DNA from: an uncultured Nitrososphaerota archaeon
Lineage (GTDB): Archaea > Asgardarchaeota > Njordarchaeia > Njordarchaeales > Njordarchaeaceae
Reading direction: 5' to 3'
Assembly (NCBI GenBank): GCA_964518475.1
Contig: CAZFGR010000001.1
Coordinates: 338,641-402,640 of the forward strand
Length of the DNA stretch: 64,000 nucleotides
Both the position numbers and the translations under genes were made by a program. Below are positions 1 to 9,745 of the stretch, piece by piece (the stretch's first letter is position 1; the number at the start of each line of letters is the position of its first letter). A model generated the notes under the pieces. That model had not been told where the DNA came from. It searched no databases and saw only the letters and a list, made by a program, of their open reading frames with translations.

Positions 1-147
1 TTCTTTTGATGCTCCACAATCTCTATTAACCTTCTCATATATATGAGAGAAGTCAACTAATTTATCTTGCGGTTTGATGGCTAAGAGTAGAAGAACTCTA
101 TCAATAACTCTTTTATCTTGCCCCGTTACAGACAATATATTCACCAT
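1..147 (-). CDS. Partial CDS (5' end, runs off the window), hypothetical protein
   Basis: ATG at 147, open to window edge: MVNILSVTGQDKRVIDRVLLLLAIKPQDKLVDFSHIYEKVNRDCGASKE. Confidence 0.5.
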   Translation of the reverse strand, partial: MVNILSVTGQDKRVIDRVLLLLAIKPQDKLVDFSHIYEKVNRDCGASKE

Positions 148-247
148 AACCCAAAAAGAACCTTTAATTACTTTATCTTATCATTAAGGCCTCTTTAAGA
201 AATAACAATGTATTGAAATTCTATTTTAAAATGTTAAAAATGTTAGA

Positions 248-1339
248 TTAAAGAACTATGCTAAGCTTATATCCGCAATCTGGACAAATAGGCTCTTTAA
301 CTAAAACTTCTACTGCCCAAGGCGATAATAGACTGTATCCTCGTTTAATAATAATTCTCCCACATTTGGGGCAGTAAGTATTTTCCCAAGGATGATTAGG
401 AATATTGCCAACGTATACGTATTCTAAACCCTCTTCTACTCCAATTCTTCTAGCCTTCTCAATAGTCTCTATGGGTGTAGTAGGCGGTAAGTTATACTCT
501 AACGCTCGATATTCCGCAAAGTATCTCGTAACGTGCCAAGGTGTATCGGATCCCAATTCATCACATATTCTCCTAGCAATCATGCGCAAGCAATCTTCGC
601 TATCATTAACCGAGGGGATAATTAATGTTGTTATTTCTACGTGAACTCCTTTTTCCTTAAATATTCGGGCATTCCGAAACACGATTTCTACATCCGCTCC
701 CGTCCATTTTCCTATTTTTTTACCACAGCCTTTTATGTCTATGTTAATAGCATCAAGTCCCGATTTAACAAGAAGATCAAGAGCTTCTACTGTCATATAG
801 CCGTTACTAACGTATGTGTTGAACATATTCTCTTTTTTGGCTAGAGGCATTACATCCAGGGAATATTCGAATAATGTTACTGAGGGTTCATTGAAAGAAA
901 AACTTGTACCAGCAGCGCCATATCTTTTAGCTAGTTCAATTAAGCGCCGAGGAGAAATATAGTTGCATTTAGATACCCAGAATTTTGATATCTCCCAGTT
1001 TTGGCACCAGGGACATGTAAAGTTGCAGCCCCAAGAACCGACCGTAATGGCGTATTTATCTGGATAAAAGTTGAAGAAAGGTTTTTTAGCCATAGGATTA
1101 TTACTAATCGCGCTTATATTCCCATACGTCAAAACGTATAATTCGCCTCCATGATTATAACGTGCACCACACATCCCCCTCATTCCTGGCGGAATCACAC
1201 AACGACGTTCGCAGACAAGACAACGAACTTTTTTCCCACCTAGTTCTTCCCATAACATTGCAATTCTTGCACAAGGAGTTTCTAACAATTTTTCGCTTAT
1301 CTTTCTTATCCTTTCCAAGCTATATTTTCCCATTAACAT
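248..1339 (-). CDS. amrS: AmmeMemoRadiSam system radical SAM enzyme
   Basis: N-terminal CxxCxxxC...CG motif, radical SAM motif GCNFTCPWCQNWEIS, C-terminal YVYVGNI...TYCPKCG. Confidence 0.88.
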   Translation of the reverse strand: MLMGKYSLERIRKISEKLLETPCARIAMLWEELGGKKVRCLVCERRCVIPPGMRGMCGARYNHGGELYVLTYGNISAISNNPMAKKPFFNFYPDKYAITVGSWGCNFTCPWCQNWEISKFWVSKCNYISPRRLIELAKRYGAAGTSFSFNEPSVTLFEYSLDVMPLAKKENMFNTYVSNGYMTVEALDLLVKSGLDAINIDIKGCGKKIGKWTGADVEIVFRNARIFKEKGVHVEITTLIIPSVNDSEDCLRMIARRICDELGSDTPWHVTRYFAEYRALEYNLPPTTPIETIEKARRIGVEEGLEYVYVGNIPNHPWENTYCPKCGRIIIKRGYSLLSPWAVEVLVKEPICPDCGYKLSIVL

Positions 1340-1342
1340 AAA

Positions 1343-2653
1343 TTACTCACTCAGAATTTCTTTTAGATAAGTTATGACATTCTTCATTGAAACTTCTTTT
1401 CTCGTGTTCGATTCTCTATCATAAATAGTCACGACGTTTTTTTCAACCTCTTTACTTCCCAAGAATATTAAAACCGGCACCCCTTTCTTTAAAGCATATT
1501 CTCTTTGTTTTTGCTGGGATCTCCTCATTAAATCTATTTGCACCCTGAATCCGTTCTCACGAAGATAAGATACTAGATGCCAAGCGCGCTGGTATAAATC
1601 TCTGGATAATACAACGACGTATATTTGTGTATAAGTTTTCTTTTTTGTTTCAAAGACACCAGTTAATAGACCTGCATCGATTACGCGATCAATACCAATA
1701 GAAGTTCCTGTTGCGGGATAATCGTGGCCAGAGTATAGCTTTATTAGTTCATCATAACGCCCACCACCAGCCACGGATCCTATTCCAGCATCCTCTATAA
1801 CGACCTCCCAAATTGGCCCCGTGTAGTAATCGAGCCCCCTTACAAGGCTAAAGTCAATCTTCACAAATGATTTTTTAGATCCTAATAGATCGAGTATTTC
1901 CATTATATGAGTCATTTTTTCCCGAATCTTACTGTAATCAATACTTTTCATTACTTGGAGTCTCTCGATTACTTCATCTAATCCTCCTTGTACATCAATA
2001 ATTTCAAGAATTCTCTCTATTTCTTTTTTGGATAATCCTGCTTTAGTTAACTCCTCTTTTACGCCTTCCAATCCTATCTTATCAAGCTTATCTATGATAC
2101 GATAAATTCTAATACACTCCTGCTGGGAAAAGTTTAATTCCCGCTCAAAAAGATCAGAAAGTACTCTTCTATCATTTAGTTTTAAACAAAAATTTCTGAA
2201 CCCTAATTTATGGAAAATTTCAATAGTAAGATCAATAACTTCCGCGTCCGCCTCAGGAAAGGGAGAACCTACGATATCCGCATCCGCCTGCCAGATCTCT
2301 CTATAACGACCACGCTGGGGTCTATCGTGTCGCCATACACGTCCTATATGATATCTCTTAAATGGTAGGGGATAGGAATGCATCGAGAAAAATCTAGCTA
2401 ATGGTACTGTTAAGTCATACCTTAATGCATACCATTGCTCTGACCAAGGATCCTTAAATTTATAGACAAGCATCCTCTCGGCTTCTTCTCCATACTTACC
2501 CTTAAGCGTATCCCAATACTCTAGCGCTGGGGTTTCTATTGGATCAAAACCATATTTTTGAAAATTATCTTCAATAATCTCAACAACTTTCTTTCTTAAT
2601 ATCATTATCTCCGGAGGGAAATCTCTGAAACCGCTAGGGATCTGGTATGGCAT
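1343..2653 (-). CDS. hisS: Histidine--tRNA ligase
   Basis: GFRDF, LRYDLTVPLAR, RGRYREIWQAD, LVRGLDYYTG and GGGRYD motifs; C-terminal anticodon-binding domain. Confidence 0.97.
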   Translation of the reverse strand: MPYQIPSGFRDFPPEIMILRKKVVEIIEDNFQKYGFDPIETPALEYWDTLKGKYGEEAERMLVYKFKDPWSEQWYALRYDLTVPLARFFSMHSYPLPFKRYHIGRVWRHDRPQRGRYREIWQADADIVGSPFPEADAEVIDLTIEIFHKLGFRNFCLKLNDRRVLSDLFERELNFSQQECIRIYRIIDKLDKIGLEGVKEELTKAGLSKKEIERILEIIDVQGGLDEVIERLQVMKSIDYSKIREKMTHIMEILDLLGSKKSFVKIDFSLVRGLDYYTGPIWEVVIEDAGIGSVAGGGRYDELIKLYSGHDYPATGTSIGIDRVIDAGLLTGVFETKKKTYTQIYVVVLSRDLYQRAWHLVSYLRENGFRVQIDLMRRSQQKQREYALKKGVPVLIFLGSKEVEKNVVTIYDRESNTRKEVSMKNVITYLKEILSE

Positions 2654-3861
2654 TAAGCTGCACCAGTTGGCAAGGATTTCTCCTTTTCAATTATTTTCTC
2701 ATTACCAATTCCTACAGTATTTCCTATACCCGCTATTATTACCTTTCCTTCTTTAGGAACCTCCTCTCTTATTAGCTTTTTCACTACTTCAACTGCACGA
2801 TCAGCAGCTTCAGCTATTTCCCTATTCATCGGAGTAACAGCCTCTATGTATGATTCCTTAATAACTACCGCATATAGGGGTATCTTGTACTTCGCACATA
2901 CTGTTTCGATTTTGTATTTTTCTGGCCCTGGGTCCCCAATCGCCGCTCCAACACCTACTGCTATATCTCCCGTTTTTTCACTTTCTAATCTAAGCGCAGC
3001 ATCAATTGTGATAACTGCTTGAACGTCTCCTTTAAGCTCTTCGATTACCTTCTTGATTACCTCTCCTGGTTTTCCTACTTCGCTTCCAGGGCCATGGGCT
3101 TTTAATGAGAGTATGTATCGGTCCTCAAATTCAGAGACGCTATAGATTACATCGTTGGTTTCATCTACTGTGACCTCCTCGCCGAAAAACCTTTGAGCAA
3201 CCATTGGACCTACTCCGTCACCTATTGGTATTCCTGCCCTGAAGGCTTTTAGAGCGTCATAGTACGAAATTATCATCTCCCTAAAATATGGTATCAGCAT
3301 CTTAAGCTGCATTAAGTAAATATATGATTTCGTGTTGACGCCTACTCGGTATATATGCTCGGATAGTTTGTATATTGAGTGAATAGCAGACGCCGCCTCT
3401 AACGCGCTCTCTAAGTTTTTCTTAATGTATAAGGGGGCATCTGGGATTATTCTGTTAGCGATTCCTCTTAACCGTTTTTTCCGGACATCAAGAAGATGCT
3501 CTAGTCGTTGAAGTACCCCTGAGGGATCTAAAGTTACAGGACTTATTACAAAAGAATCTAGAACTTCTTTCGTCCAGTCGAGCAGTTTATTGAATTCCGG
3601 ATCTTTTTTCAGTTGTTCGGCTTTTTCTCTTGCTGTGATTCCTGGTACTTTCTCAATTAAATCTCTGCGTGCTGAGAGTATTATTGAAACGATATACCAT
3701 CTCCCTAGTCCGTCATATACTCGAACTTCATTTAGAAAAGATCTTACGGAGTATATCAGCATGTATGCTTGGATCTCGCTTAGAAATAGTAGGAATATAA
3801 AGAAGATTATCCAGGACAACCACTCAGTTCCCGTTTGAGCTTGTTGAATAAGCATAAACAT
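2653..3861 (-). CDS. DUF1512-family archaeal membrane-anchored protein
   Basis: N-terminal TM; GDGVGPMVA, TIDAALRLESE and GIGNTVGIG motifs. Confidence 0.75.
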   Translation of the reverse strand: MFMLIQQAQTGTEWLSWIIFFIFLLFLSEIQAYMLIYSVRSFLNEVRVYDGLGRWYIVSIILSARRDLIEKVPGITAREKAEQLKKDPEFNKLLDWTKEVLDSFVISPVTLDPSGVLQRLEHLLDVRKKRLRGIANRIIPDAPLYIKKNLESALEAASAIHSIYKLSEHIYRVGVNTKSYIYLMQLKMLIPYFREMIISYYDALKAFRAGIPIGDGVGPMVAQRFFGEEVTVDETNDVIYSVSEFEDRYILSLKAHGPGSEVGKPGEVIKKVIEELKGDVQAVITIDAALRLESEKTGDIAVGVGAAIGDPGPEKYKIETVCAKYKIPLYAVVIKESYIEAVTPMNREIAEAADRAVEVVKKLIREEVPKEGKVIIAGIGNTVGIGNEKIIEKEKSLPTGAA

Positions 3862-4040
3862 GAGTTATTACCTCATACAAATCTTAGTTGACTTTATAAG
3901 AAAACTCCAGAGTCTATGAAAAATATATGTGTTTATCCATTACAGTTTATGGAAATCATTAACTACACAACCTAAGAAGCACTAAGTAGAATGAATTTCT
4001 TTGGTGAACATAGAGAATTTAAAGAATAGTGGAGATAATT

Positions 4041-6590
4041 ATGGGCAAGCAATCAAGACTTGATATGTTCTTTCGACAAGACTCTTCGGGCAAAAAAACT
4101 ACTGAGATAATGGATAAAAACACCACTATTTCATCGCTAAGCGATATGATAAAGGAATTTAAGTCTAAAATAAAATTACCAGAAATAAGGGATACTATTA
4201 GTAAAAGATATTCTATAGGAGAGATAACCTCTAAAGCCAAGAAAATTCTTGTTGTTACTGAGAAACCAAAAGTTGCTCAGGCTATAGCGAAGGCTCTAGG
4301 ATCTGGTAAAGCACGTAGTATAAAATCGCGTTCAAGATCCCTCATTGTGTATGACGTAAATTGGAATAATAAGAAAATAACAATCATACCTCTCCGGGGA
4401 CATATCATAGAGTACGCACCCATAGACAGATTCTCTGGTAAATGGGAGGAAAGCGATCCTAGACAGATTATTAATCCTTCATCATTACGAGAGATTGTTA
4501 CGGAAAAATTAATTGCTGAGGTTTTAAGTGCTGAGAGCCGAAACGCCGATCTTTTACTGTTAGCTACTGATGCTGATGAAGAAGGTGCTAATATTGGATT
4601 AGAGGCCTACGAAATTGTGAGAAAACAAAGAAAGGATATTCCAGTGTATCAGATGTGGTTCATTTCTCTCCAACCCACTGAGTTGAGAACTGCTTTTAAT
4701 AAACCTATAGAGCCTAAGTGGAATTGGGCGTATGCCGTTAAAGCTCGTAGAATTATAGATGCCATGATAGGCTTTTCCGCAACAAGAGAACTCACGGTAG
4801 CTTTTAGAGAAGTTACCAAATCATTGCGAATTAAGGCTCTTTCTATAGGACGAGTGCAGACACCGACTTTATATCTTCTCTTCTTGCGTGAAAGAGAGAT
4901 AAAAAATTTTAAACCAAAGCCATACTGGGTGCTTAGAGCACAGTTCCAGATAAACGGCTCCAGAGCCGAAGGGCAGCACATTGATTCGCCTTTTTGGGAC
5001 GAAGAAAGAGCAAAAAACGTTTTTTCTAGAATAAGAGACGCACGTAGAGCGGTCGTTAAAGAAGTACATGTGTCTAAAGAATCGAAGCTTCCACCAACTC
5101 CTTTAGATACAACAAAAGCCTTAGCGATGATAAACAATATCTTAGGTATTCCTTCGTCGAGAGCTATGAAAATTCTAGAAGATCTTTATTTAAACGGCCT
5201 AATCACGTATCCTAGAACAGATACAGATAAATATCCGGAAACCTACAATCACATTCCCAACCTCAGAGCTTTGCAAAAAATCCCTACTTTCTCATCTATT
5301 GTAAGAGATATCTTCTCGAAAGGCGCAAAACTACGTAGAAATGGAACTAGGCTAGTTGGTGATCACCTTCCCATAACACCAATAGATGCTGCAACACCGG
5401 GAGATAAAAGATTGCCTACTCAGCAACATGCAATGGTATATGATTTAATTGTTAGGAGATATCTCTCTCTATTCTTGGAGCCTGCAGAAATAATCCGCTT
5501 TAAAGCGCTCATTGCCATTAATAGTGAGCTTTTCGAGTTTTCTGGGACTAGAATCTTAAAGAGTGGCTTCTATATTGTGTATCCCTACGATAAACCGAAG
5601 GAGTCTATCTATGCAGAGATTTTTGAGGGACAGGAAATCCTTGTTGAAAAGGTTTTTCCACCCGAGAAAAGGTATACCCAACCTCCTCCTCGCTTGAAGG
5701 AAAGCGATTTAATAAAGATCATGGAAACGCTTGGACTTGGTACAAAAAGCACAAGACCCGATCATATAGAGACGTTAATATCGAGACGATATGTAGAGAG
5801 AAAAGGAAAAACTCTGAGAATAACGAGTATTGGATGGATCTTAGCTGAATTTCTAGAACAAATATGGCCCGATTTCGTTAAACCATTCTTTAGCGCTTAC
5901 GTACATGCGTGGATGAGAAAAGTAATGAATGGAGAAATCCACTGGCAGGAAATGGTTCGGGATGTCCAAGAAAAGTTCCTTAGTTTGTTCGACGAGTTAA
6001 GAAAAAACATTACTAATCTCAAAGGAAAACTTCTAAAAGTCTCGAAAGAATATGCTCAAAAGAATGAAATAATGAAGTGTCCTAGATGTAACAGCTCGGT
6101 TATCGCTATACCTAGTAAGAAAGCAAAGGTAAACATCCTAAAGTGCACACACTGCGACTTCTCAACTATAGTGCCGAAAGCTACTAAATACGTCGCTCAA
6201 GAAATTAAGTGCTCAATTTGTCATACTAATGTATTATTACTTAAGAGAAGAGGAAAAGCCGATATATATCTATGCCCTATTTGTTGGCGTACAAAAGGAA
6301 TTTGTAGTAAATGTGATCATCTAGAATACTGTGATATGAAAAAAATTCTTGAAAAAGAACGAGAAAAAACTATTGTTGGGAAATGCGACTGTGGCGGAAA
6401 ACTAATTTATCTAGTAAATTGGCGCGTGGTAAAGTGTGATAATTGTAATCAACAATACCACTTACCTAAGAGAGGATCTATTAAATTGCTGAAAAAGACA
6501 TGCCCCATTTGTCAAAAGTATAGATTACTAAGAATAAAAACAGCGAAGAGCACAACATATTACTGTATAAAGTGCGGTATTGTGAAATGA
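4041..6590 (+). CDS. topA: DNA topoisomerase type IA (TopA/Topo III-like) with N-terminal PIP box and C-terminal Zn fingers
   Basis: TEKP, ATDADEEG (TOPRIM), SIGRVQTPTL, catalytic LITYPRTD, GLGTKSTR; many C-terminal CxxC pairs. Confidence 0.93.
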   Translation: MGKQSRLDMFFRQDSSGKKTTEIMDKNTTISSLSDMIKEFKSKIKLPEIRDTISKRYSIGEITSKAKKILVVTEKPKVAQAIAKALGSGKARSIKSRSRSLIVYDVNWNNKKITIIPLRGHIIEYAPIDRFSGKWEESDPRQIINPSSLREIVTEKLIAEVLSAESRNADLLLLATDADEEGANIGLEAYEIVRKQRKDIPVYQMWFISLQPTELRTAFNKPIEPKWNWAYAVKARRIIDAMIGFSATRELTVAFREVTKSLRIKALSIGRVQTPTLYLLFLREREIKNFKPKPYWVLRAQFQINGSRAEGQHIDSPFWDEERAKNVFSRIRDARRAVVKEVHVSKESKLPPTPLDTTKALAMINNILGIPSSRAMKILEDLYLNGLITYPRTDTDKYPETYNHIPNLRALQKIPTFSSIVRDIFSKGAKLRRNGTRLVGDHLPITPIDAATPGDKRLPTQQHAMVYDLIVRRYLSLFLEPAEIIRFKALIAINSELFEFSGTRILKSGFYIVYPYDKPKESIYAEIFEGQEILVEKVFPPEKRYTQPPPRLKESDLIKIMETLGLGTKSTRPDHIETLISRRYVERKGKTLRITSIGWILAEFLEQIWPDFVKPFFSAYVHAWMRKVMNGEIHWQEMVRDVQEKFLSLFDELRKNITNLKGKLLKVSKEYAQKNEIMKCPRCNSSVIAIPSKKAKVNILKCTHCDFSTIVPKATKYVAQEIKCSICHTNVLLLKRRGKADIYLCPICWRTKGICSKCDHLEYCDMKKILEKEREKTIVGKCDCGGKLIYLVNWRVVKCDNCNQQYHLPKRGSIKLLKKTCPICQKYRLLRIKTAKSTTYYCIKCGIVK

Positions 6591-6631
6591 GATTATGAAT
6601 TTCTAACACTCGTTAGATTAGAGAAAAAATA

Positions 6632-6696
6632 GTGCTCCGAACTTAAAGGACTCATCATTAATATAATCAGAGATCACCTCCTTCTTCATCGCACAT
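6632..6696 (-). ncRNA. Box C/D guide RNA (16S 3' end plus 16S ~908-918)
   Basis: Minus strand reads GCGATGA-AGAAGGAGGTGATCT-CTGA-ttatatta-ATGATGA-GTCCTTTAAGTT-CGGA; guides are antisense to GAUCACCUCCU and AACUUAAAGGA. Confidence 0.8.
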
Positions 6697-6859
6697 CTAC
6701 TTCGACATAATAAGTATAGATTAATTTCTTTGTTGAATTTAATCCCGTATCACCTATCACTACGCTTAATCATCAATAATATAATATCAAACTTTAATAA
6801 CGGGAAATAATTGGTGAATTTAATTACACTCACATTGCGATTAGTAGGTTCTTAGCTTA

Positions 6860-7279
6860 ATGGTAAACGGATCTAAAGAGAGAAGACTTATGCACGATCT
6901 AATAGAATATGCTGAACTAGTAAGAGCTCGAATAAATCTGTTAGAGAAGAGAATAAGGGAAATACAATCAAACTTGGAGCAAATAGAAAGCGATTTCGAG
7001 GAAAGATCGGGTGTTGAGGAATTAGAGGAATTTTTCTCCAGACTTAATGATTCACAGGAAAGACTAGAAAAAATAAAAAGACTTATTGGTAGAGTCGATG
7101 AGTATATTCAGGAACTAGAAATAATTAAGGGACGTTCTGAAGTATATGATGAACTTCTTGAGAATACAAGCACATTACTAAAAATCGTAGAAAAAGATCT
7201 GGATAATATAGAAATAGAAACTGATGAGCTAATTGAAGATATAGAATCTTTAAGAGAAGAATTGGAAGAGAGTGATTAA
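6860..7279 (+). CDS. Acidic coiled-coil hypothetical protein
   Basis: 139 aa, heptad pattern throughout, very Glu/Asp rich; abuts the next gene. Confidence 0.75.
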   Translation: MVNGSKERRLMHDLIEYAELVRARINLLEKRIREIQSNLEQIESDFEERSGVEELEEFFSRLNDSQERLEKIKRLIGRVDEYIQELEIIKGRSEVYDELLENTSTLLKIVEKDLDNIEIETDELIEDIESLREELEESD

Positions 7280-7978
7280 ATGAAAGCTCTAATTCTTGCG
7301 GGTGGATTTGGTAAGCGACTAAGACCGTATACAGAAAACATCCCCAAGCCATTAGTTCGTGTTAAAGGAAAACCTATTCTTGTTCATCAGATTGAATGGC
7401 TAAAAAAATTTGGCATAAGAGATATCGTTTTAGCAGTAGGTTATTTAAAAGAAAAGGTAATTGAGGAAATTGGTAGCGGAAAAAACTTTGGTGTAAGAGT
7501 AGCTTATGTAGTAGAGGAAGAACCACTTGGTACAGCAGGAGCGATAAAAAACGCCGAAAATGTATTGCATAATGAGAAATTCTTTTTCGTATTGAACGGA
7601 GACATTATCACTGATATCGATCTCAATGTAATCATAGACAAAATCCTGAATAGCGGACACAATGTTCTTGGGGTACTTGCTTTAGTTCCTCTTCCAAGCC
7701 CCTACGGAATTATCGAAATTGATGATGAAGGAAGAATATTGCAATTTAGAGAAAAACCAGTACTAAGGAATTATTGGATCAACGCTGGTGTCTATTGCTT
7801 TAGGCCAGAGATATTTGAGTATTTACCAGAGAAGGGAGATATCGAAAGAACAGCGTTTCCAAAGTTGGCAGAAGAAGGTAAACTATTAGCCGTACCTTTT
7901 GAGAATGTCTTCTGGAAAGCCATTGATACGCATAAAGATATAGAAGAGGCAGAAAAACTTTTAGAAAGAAAAAGCTGA
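7280..7978 (+). CDS. Sugar-phosphate nucleotidyltransferase (NTP_transferase family)
   Basis: ILAGGFGKRLRP...PKPL, EPLGTAGAI, VLNGD, FREKP, INAGVY; no hexapeptide domain. Confidence 0.9.
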   Translation: MKALILAGGFGKRLRPYTENIPKPLVRVKGKPILVHQIEWLKKFGIRDIVLAVGYLKEKVIEEIGSGKNFGVRVAYVVEEEPLGTAGAIKNAENVLHNEKFFFVLNGDIITDIDLNVIIDKILNSGHNVLGVLALVPLPSPYGIIEIDDEGRILQFREKPVLRNYWINAGVYCFRPEIFEYLPEKGDIERTAFPKLAEEGKLLAVPFENVFWKAIDTHKDIEEAEKLLERKS

Positions 7979-7996
7979 TGACTTAGGACTTTTCAC

Positions 7997-8599
7997 TTAT
8001 TGTTTTATTCTTTGTTTTCGCACCATCCTTGTTTTTCTTAAATTATCTTCGCGAATTAATTGTTGCAGACCATTAAGTAGCTCATGTAACATCTCTATAT
8101 CCTTAAAATTCTTTACAAGCCCCTTCTTAAGCAATTCTTTACCGCATTCTCTAACTAGCATATTTGAGTCCAAAGGTTCATTATTCTTTTTTACTTCATC
8201 GAGTAATATCGCATAATAAGCCAAGGCAGCAAGAGTCCTAGTATTGTATTGTGATAGTATTTTAGCAAGCTTCCAAAGCTTGATTCTCTTTTCAGAACTA
8301 AGCATATGCGAAATAAGTAGTCTTCCTCTCTCTGTCAACACCAATTCTCCATTACTTTTTTCTGAGAGTTCCCCCAAAGACAACAATGCATTTACAGCAT
8401 TGTTTACGCTTGCCGCTTCCACCCCATCATTATATATCTCCAGTACTTCTAGTTTTTTTCCGAGATTACTTTCTCCTAAACAGTATTTCAGAATGATCAA
8501 CATGGCAGCTAATGCCCTTCTAGTTAATACAGAGCCCGTCCCTAAAGTTGCGTGCACAGAGACTATAATCTCAGCTATGATATTTGCTTTAGTTTTCAT
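7997..8599 (-). CDS. Hypothetical protein, possible winged-helix domain
   Basis: 200 aa ORF; VNALLSLGEL...LVLTERG resembles a wHTH wing. Confidence 0.55.
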   Translation of the reverse strand: MKTKANIIAEIIVSVHATLGTGSVLTRRALAAMLIILKYCLGESNLGKKLEVLEIYNDGVEAASVNNAVNALLSLGELSEKSNGELVLTERGRLLISHMLSSEKRIKLWKLAKILSQYNTRTLAALAYYAILLDEVKKNNEPLDSNMLVRECGKELLKKGLVKNFKDIEMLHELLNGLQQLIREDNLRKTRMVRKQRIKQ

Positions 8600-8671
8600 T
8601 TAAAAGCCCCATCTATTATTTTCCAGAAATCGATAAGTTATTTGTTTAAAAAAGAATGTGATAGAGAGCTA

Positions 8672-8729
8672 CAGATCAGCGTATTATCCTACTTGAAATT
8701 GATCACTGACTTTAGCATTAATCATCTTT
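8672..8729 (-). ncRNA. Possible box C/D RNA
   Basis: ATGATTA-ATGCTAAAGTCA-GTGA...TAGGATAATACG-CTGA with normal overall length; C' box not recognisable and no target identified. Confidence 0.3.
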
Positions 8730-8896
8730 ATTTATTCATTTAGAAGCTCGCGATCAAATTTATAAGTGATTATGACCTTGACCTAAAGAAACAAGAATCT
8801 AGGTTTAAGTAGCATTGATAGAATATGAAGAAGTTTATAACATCCGTTTGCTCAGAATAAGCACAAAACACAGAAGCAAGTATAAAAACTAGAAAT

Positions 8897-9000
8897 GCCG
8901 GGGTCGCCTAGTCCGGACCAGGGCGCCGGTTAAAGATAGGCGAAACTTGAGATCCGGTGGCGATTACGCCTCGCGGGTTCAAATCCCGCCCCCGGCACCA
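8897..9000 (+). tRNA. tRNA-Ser(TGA) with 15-nt intron at 30/31 (8930-8944)
   Basis: Cloverleaf with long variable arm; BHB helix CGCC/GGCG, bulges GG^T and AA^A; spliced arm CCGGA-CT TGA GA-TCCGG; CCA encoded. Confidence 0.9.
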
Positions 9001-9014
9001 TTACTTATTAACCC

Positions 9015-9073
9015 TTCGATGATGCGTACGGCCCCATCTGAGTTTCATGATGTAAGCTGGCATTACTGAGCTT
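9015..9073 (+). ncRNA. Box C/D guide RNA immediately downstream of tRNA-Ser
   Basis: ATGATGC-GTACGGCCCCAT-CTGA-gtttc-ATGATGT-AAGCTGGCATTA-CTGA, with 12-nt guides. Confidence 0.8.
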
Positions 9074-9643
9074 CTACGTGTACTCAACAGAGACTGTTTC
9101 CTTTCTTTTTTCACTTATGATCTCCTCTTTTTCAACTATGAGCTTATTATCCACATCAATCATTGAACTCAGAATTAGTAAAAACCAAGCCTTATCTCTA
9201 AGAGAAAATACATGTAAGCGATGCGAGAGAACTAGATAATAAATCTCAACTCCTTGTCTCCTATCTTTCTGTTCCTCTCCTTTGTAAGGCCTATGAAGAA
9301 CCTCCACATCTACTCCCAGAACCCCAGTAATATTGCCTACTATCTTAGGAATAGACTCCTGAGAATCTATTGGAATTCGTCGCGATATGTTTATTACCAA
9401 CGCCCTTTCCTTGTCATTGGGATGGGGTTGAATAGTTATAAGAATTGGTGGAAAATGGAGATATCGCGGGGGTAAAATAATGAAACGACTTGTTTCTTGT
9501 CTAATAACGTAACGTTTATAATTCTCCTTAAAGATGTCTCTGAGAATTTTTTCCAACTCATCACCAACTTCTGTTATATATGGAAACTCCTCAAGACTAA
9601 CACTCCTAAATTTATCATCTTTCTGGGGCTGCTTCGACCTCAT
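9074..9643 (-). CDS. Hypothetical protein
   Basis: 189 aa ORF filling the space between the sRNA and a divergent gene; no recognised motif. Confidence 0.65.
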   Translation of the reverse strand: MRSKQPQKDDKFRSVSLEEFPYITEVGDELEKILRDIFKENYKRYVIRQETSRFIILPPRYLHFPPILITIQPHPNDKERALVINISRRIPIDSQESIPKIVGNITGVLGVDVEVLHRPYKGEEQKDRRQGVEIYYLVLSHRLHVFSLRDKAWFLLILSSMIDVDNKLIVEKEEIISEKRKETVSVEYT

Positions 9644-9745
9644 CTAGCATGCCTCAATAAACCAATCTTGCTCCAAAATATGTATATAGTGTTAAAATTT
9701 CTTGTATAGGAAAAAACTGTTAAGAACTTATGTAAGGTGATTCTT

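Noticed and set aside
8897-9000. Reading as tRNA-Sec, tRNA-Leu or a suppressor tRNA
   Set aside because: BHB-defined splicing gives anticodon TGA (Ser), not TCA; the acceptor stem is a standard 7 bp.
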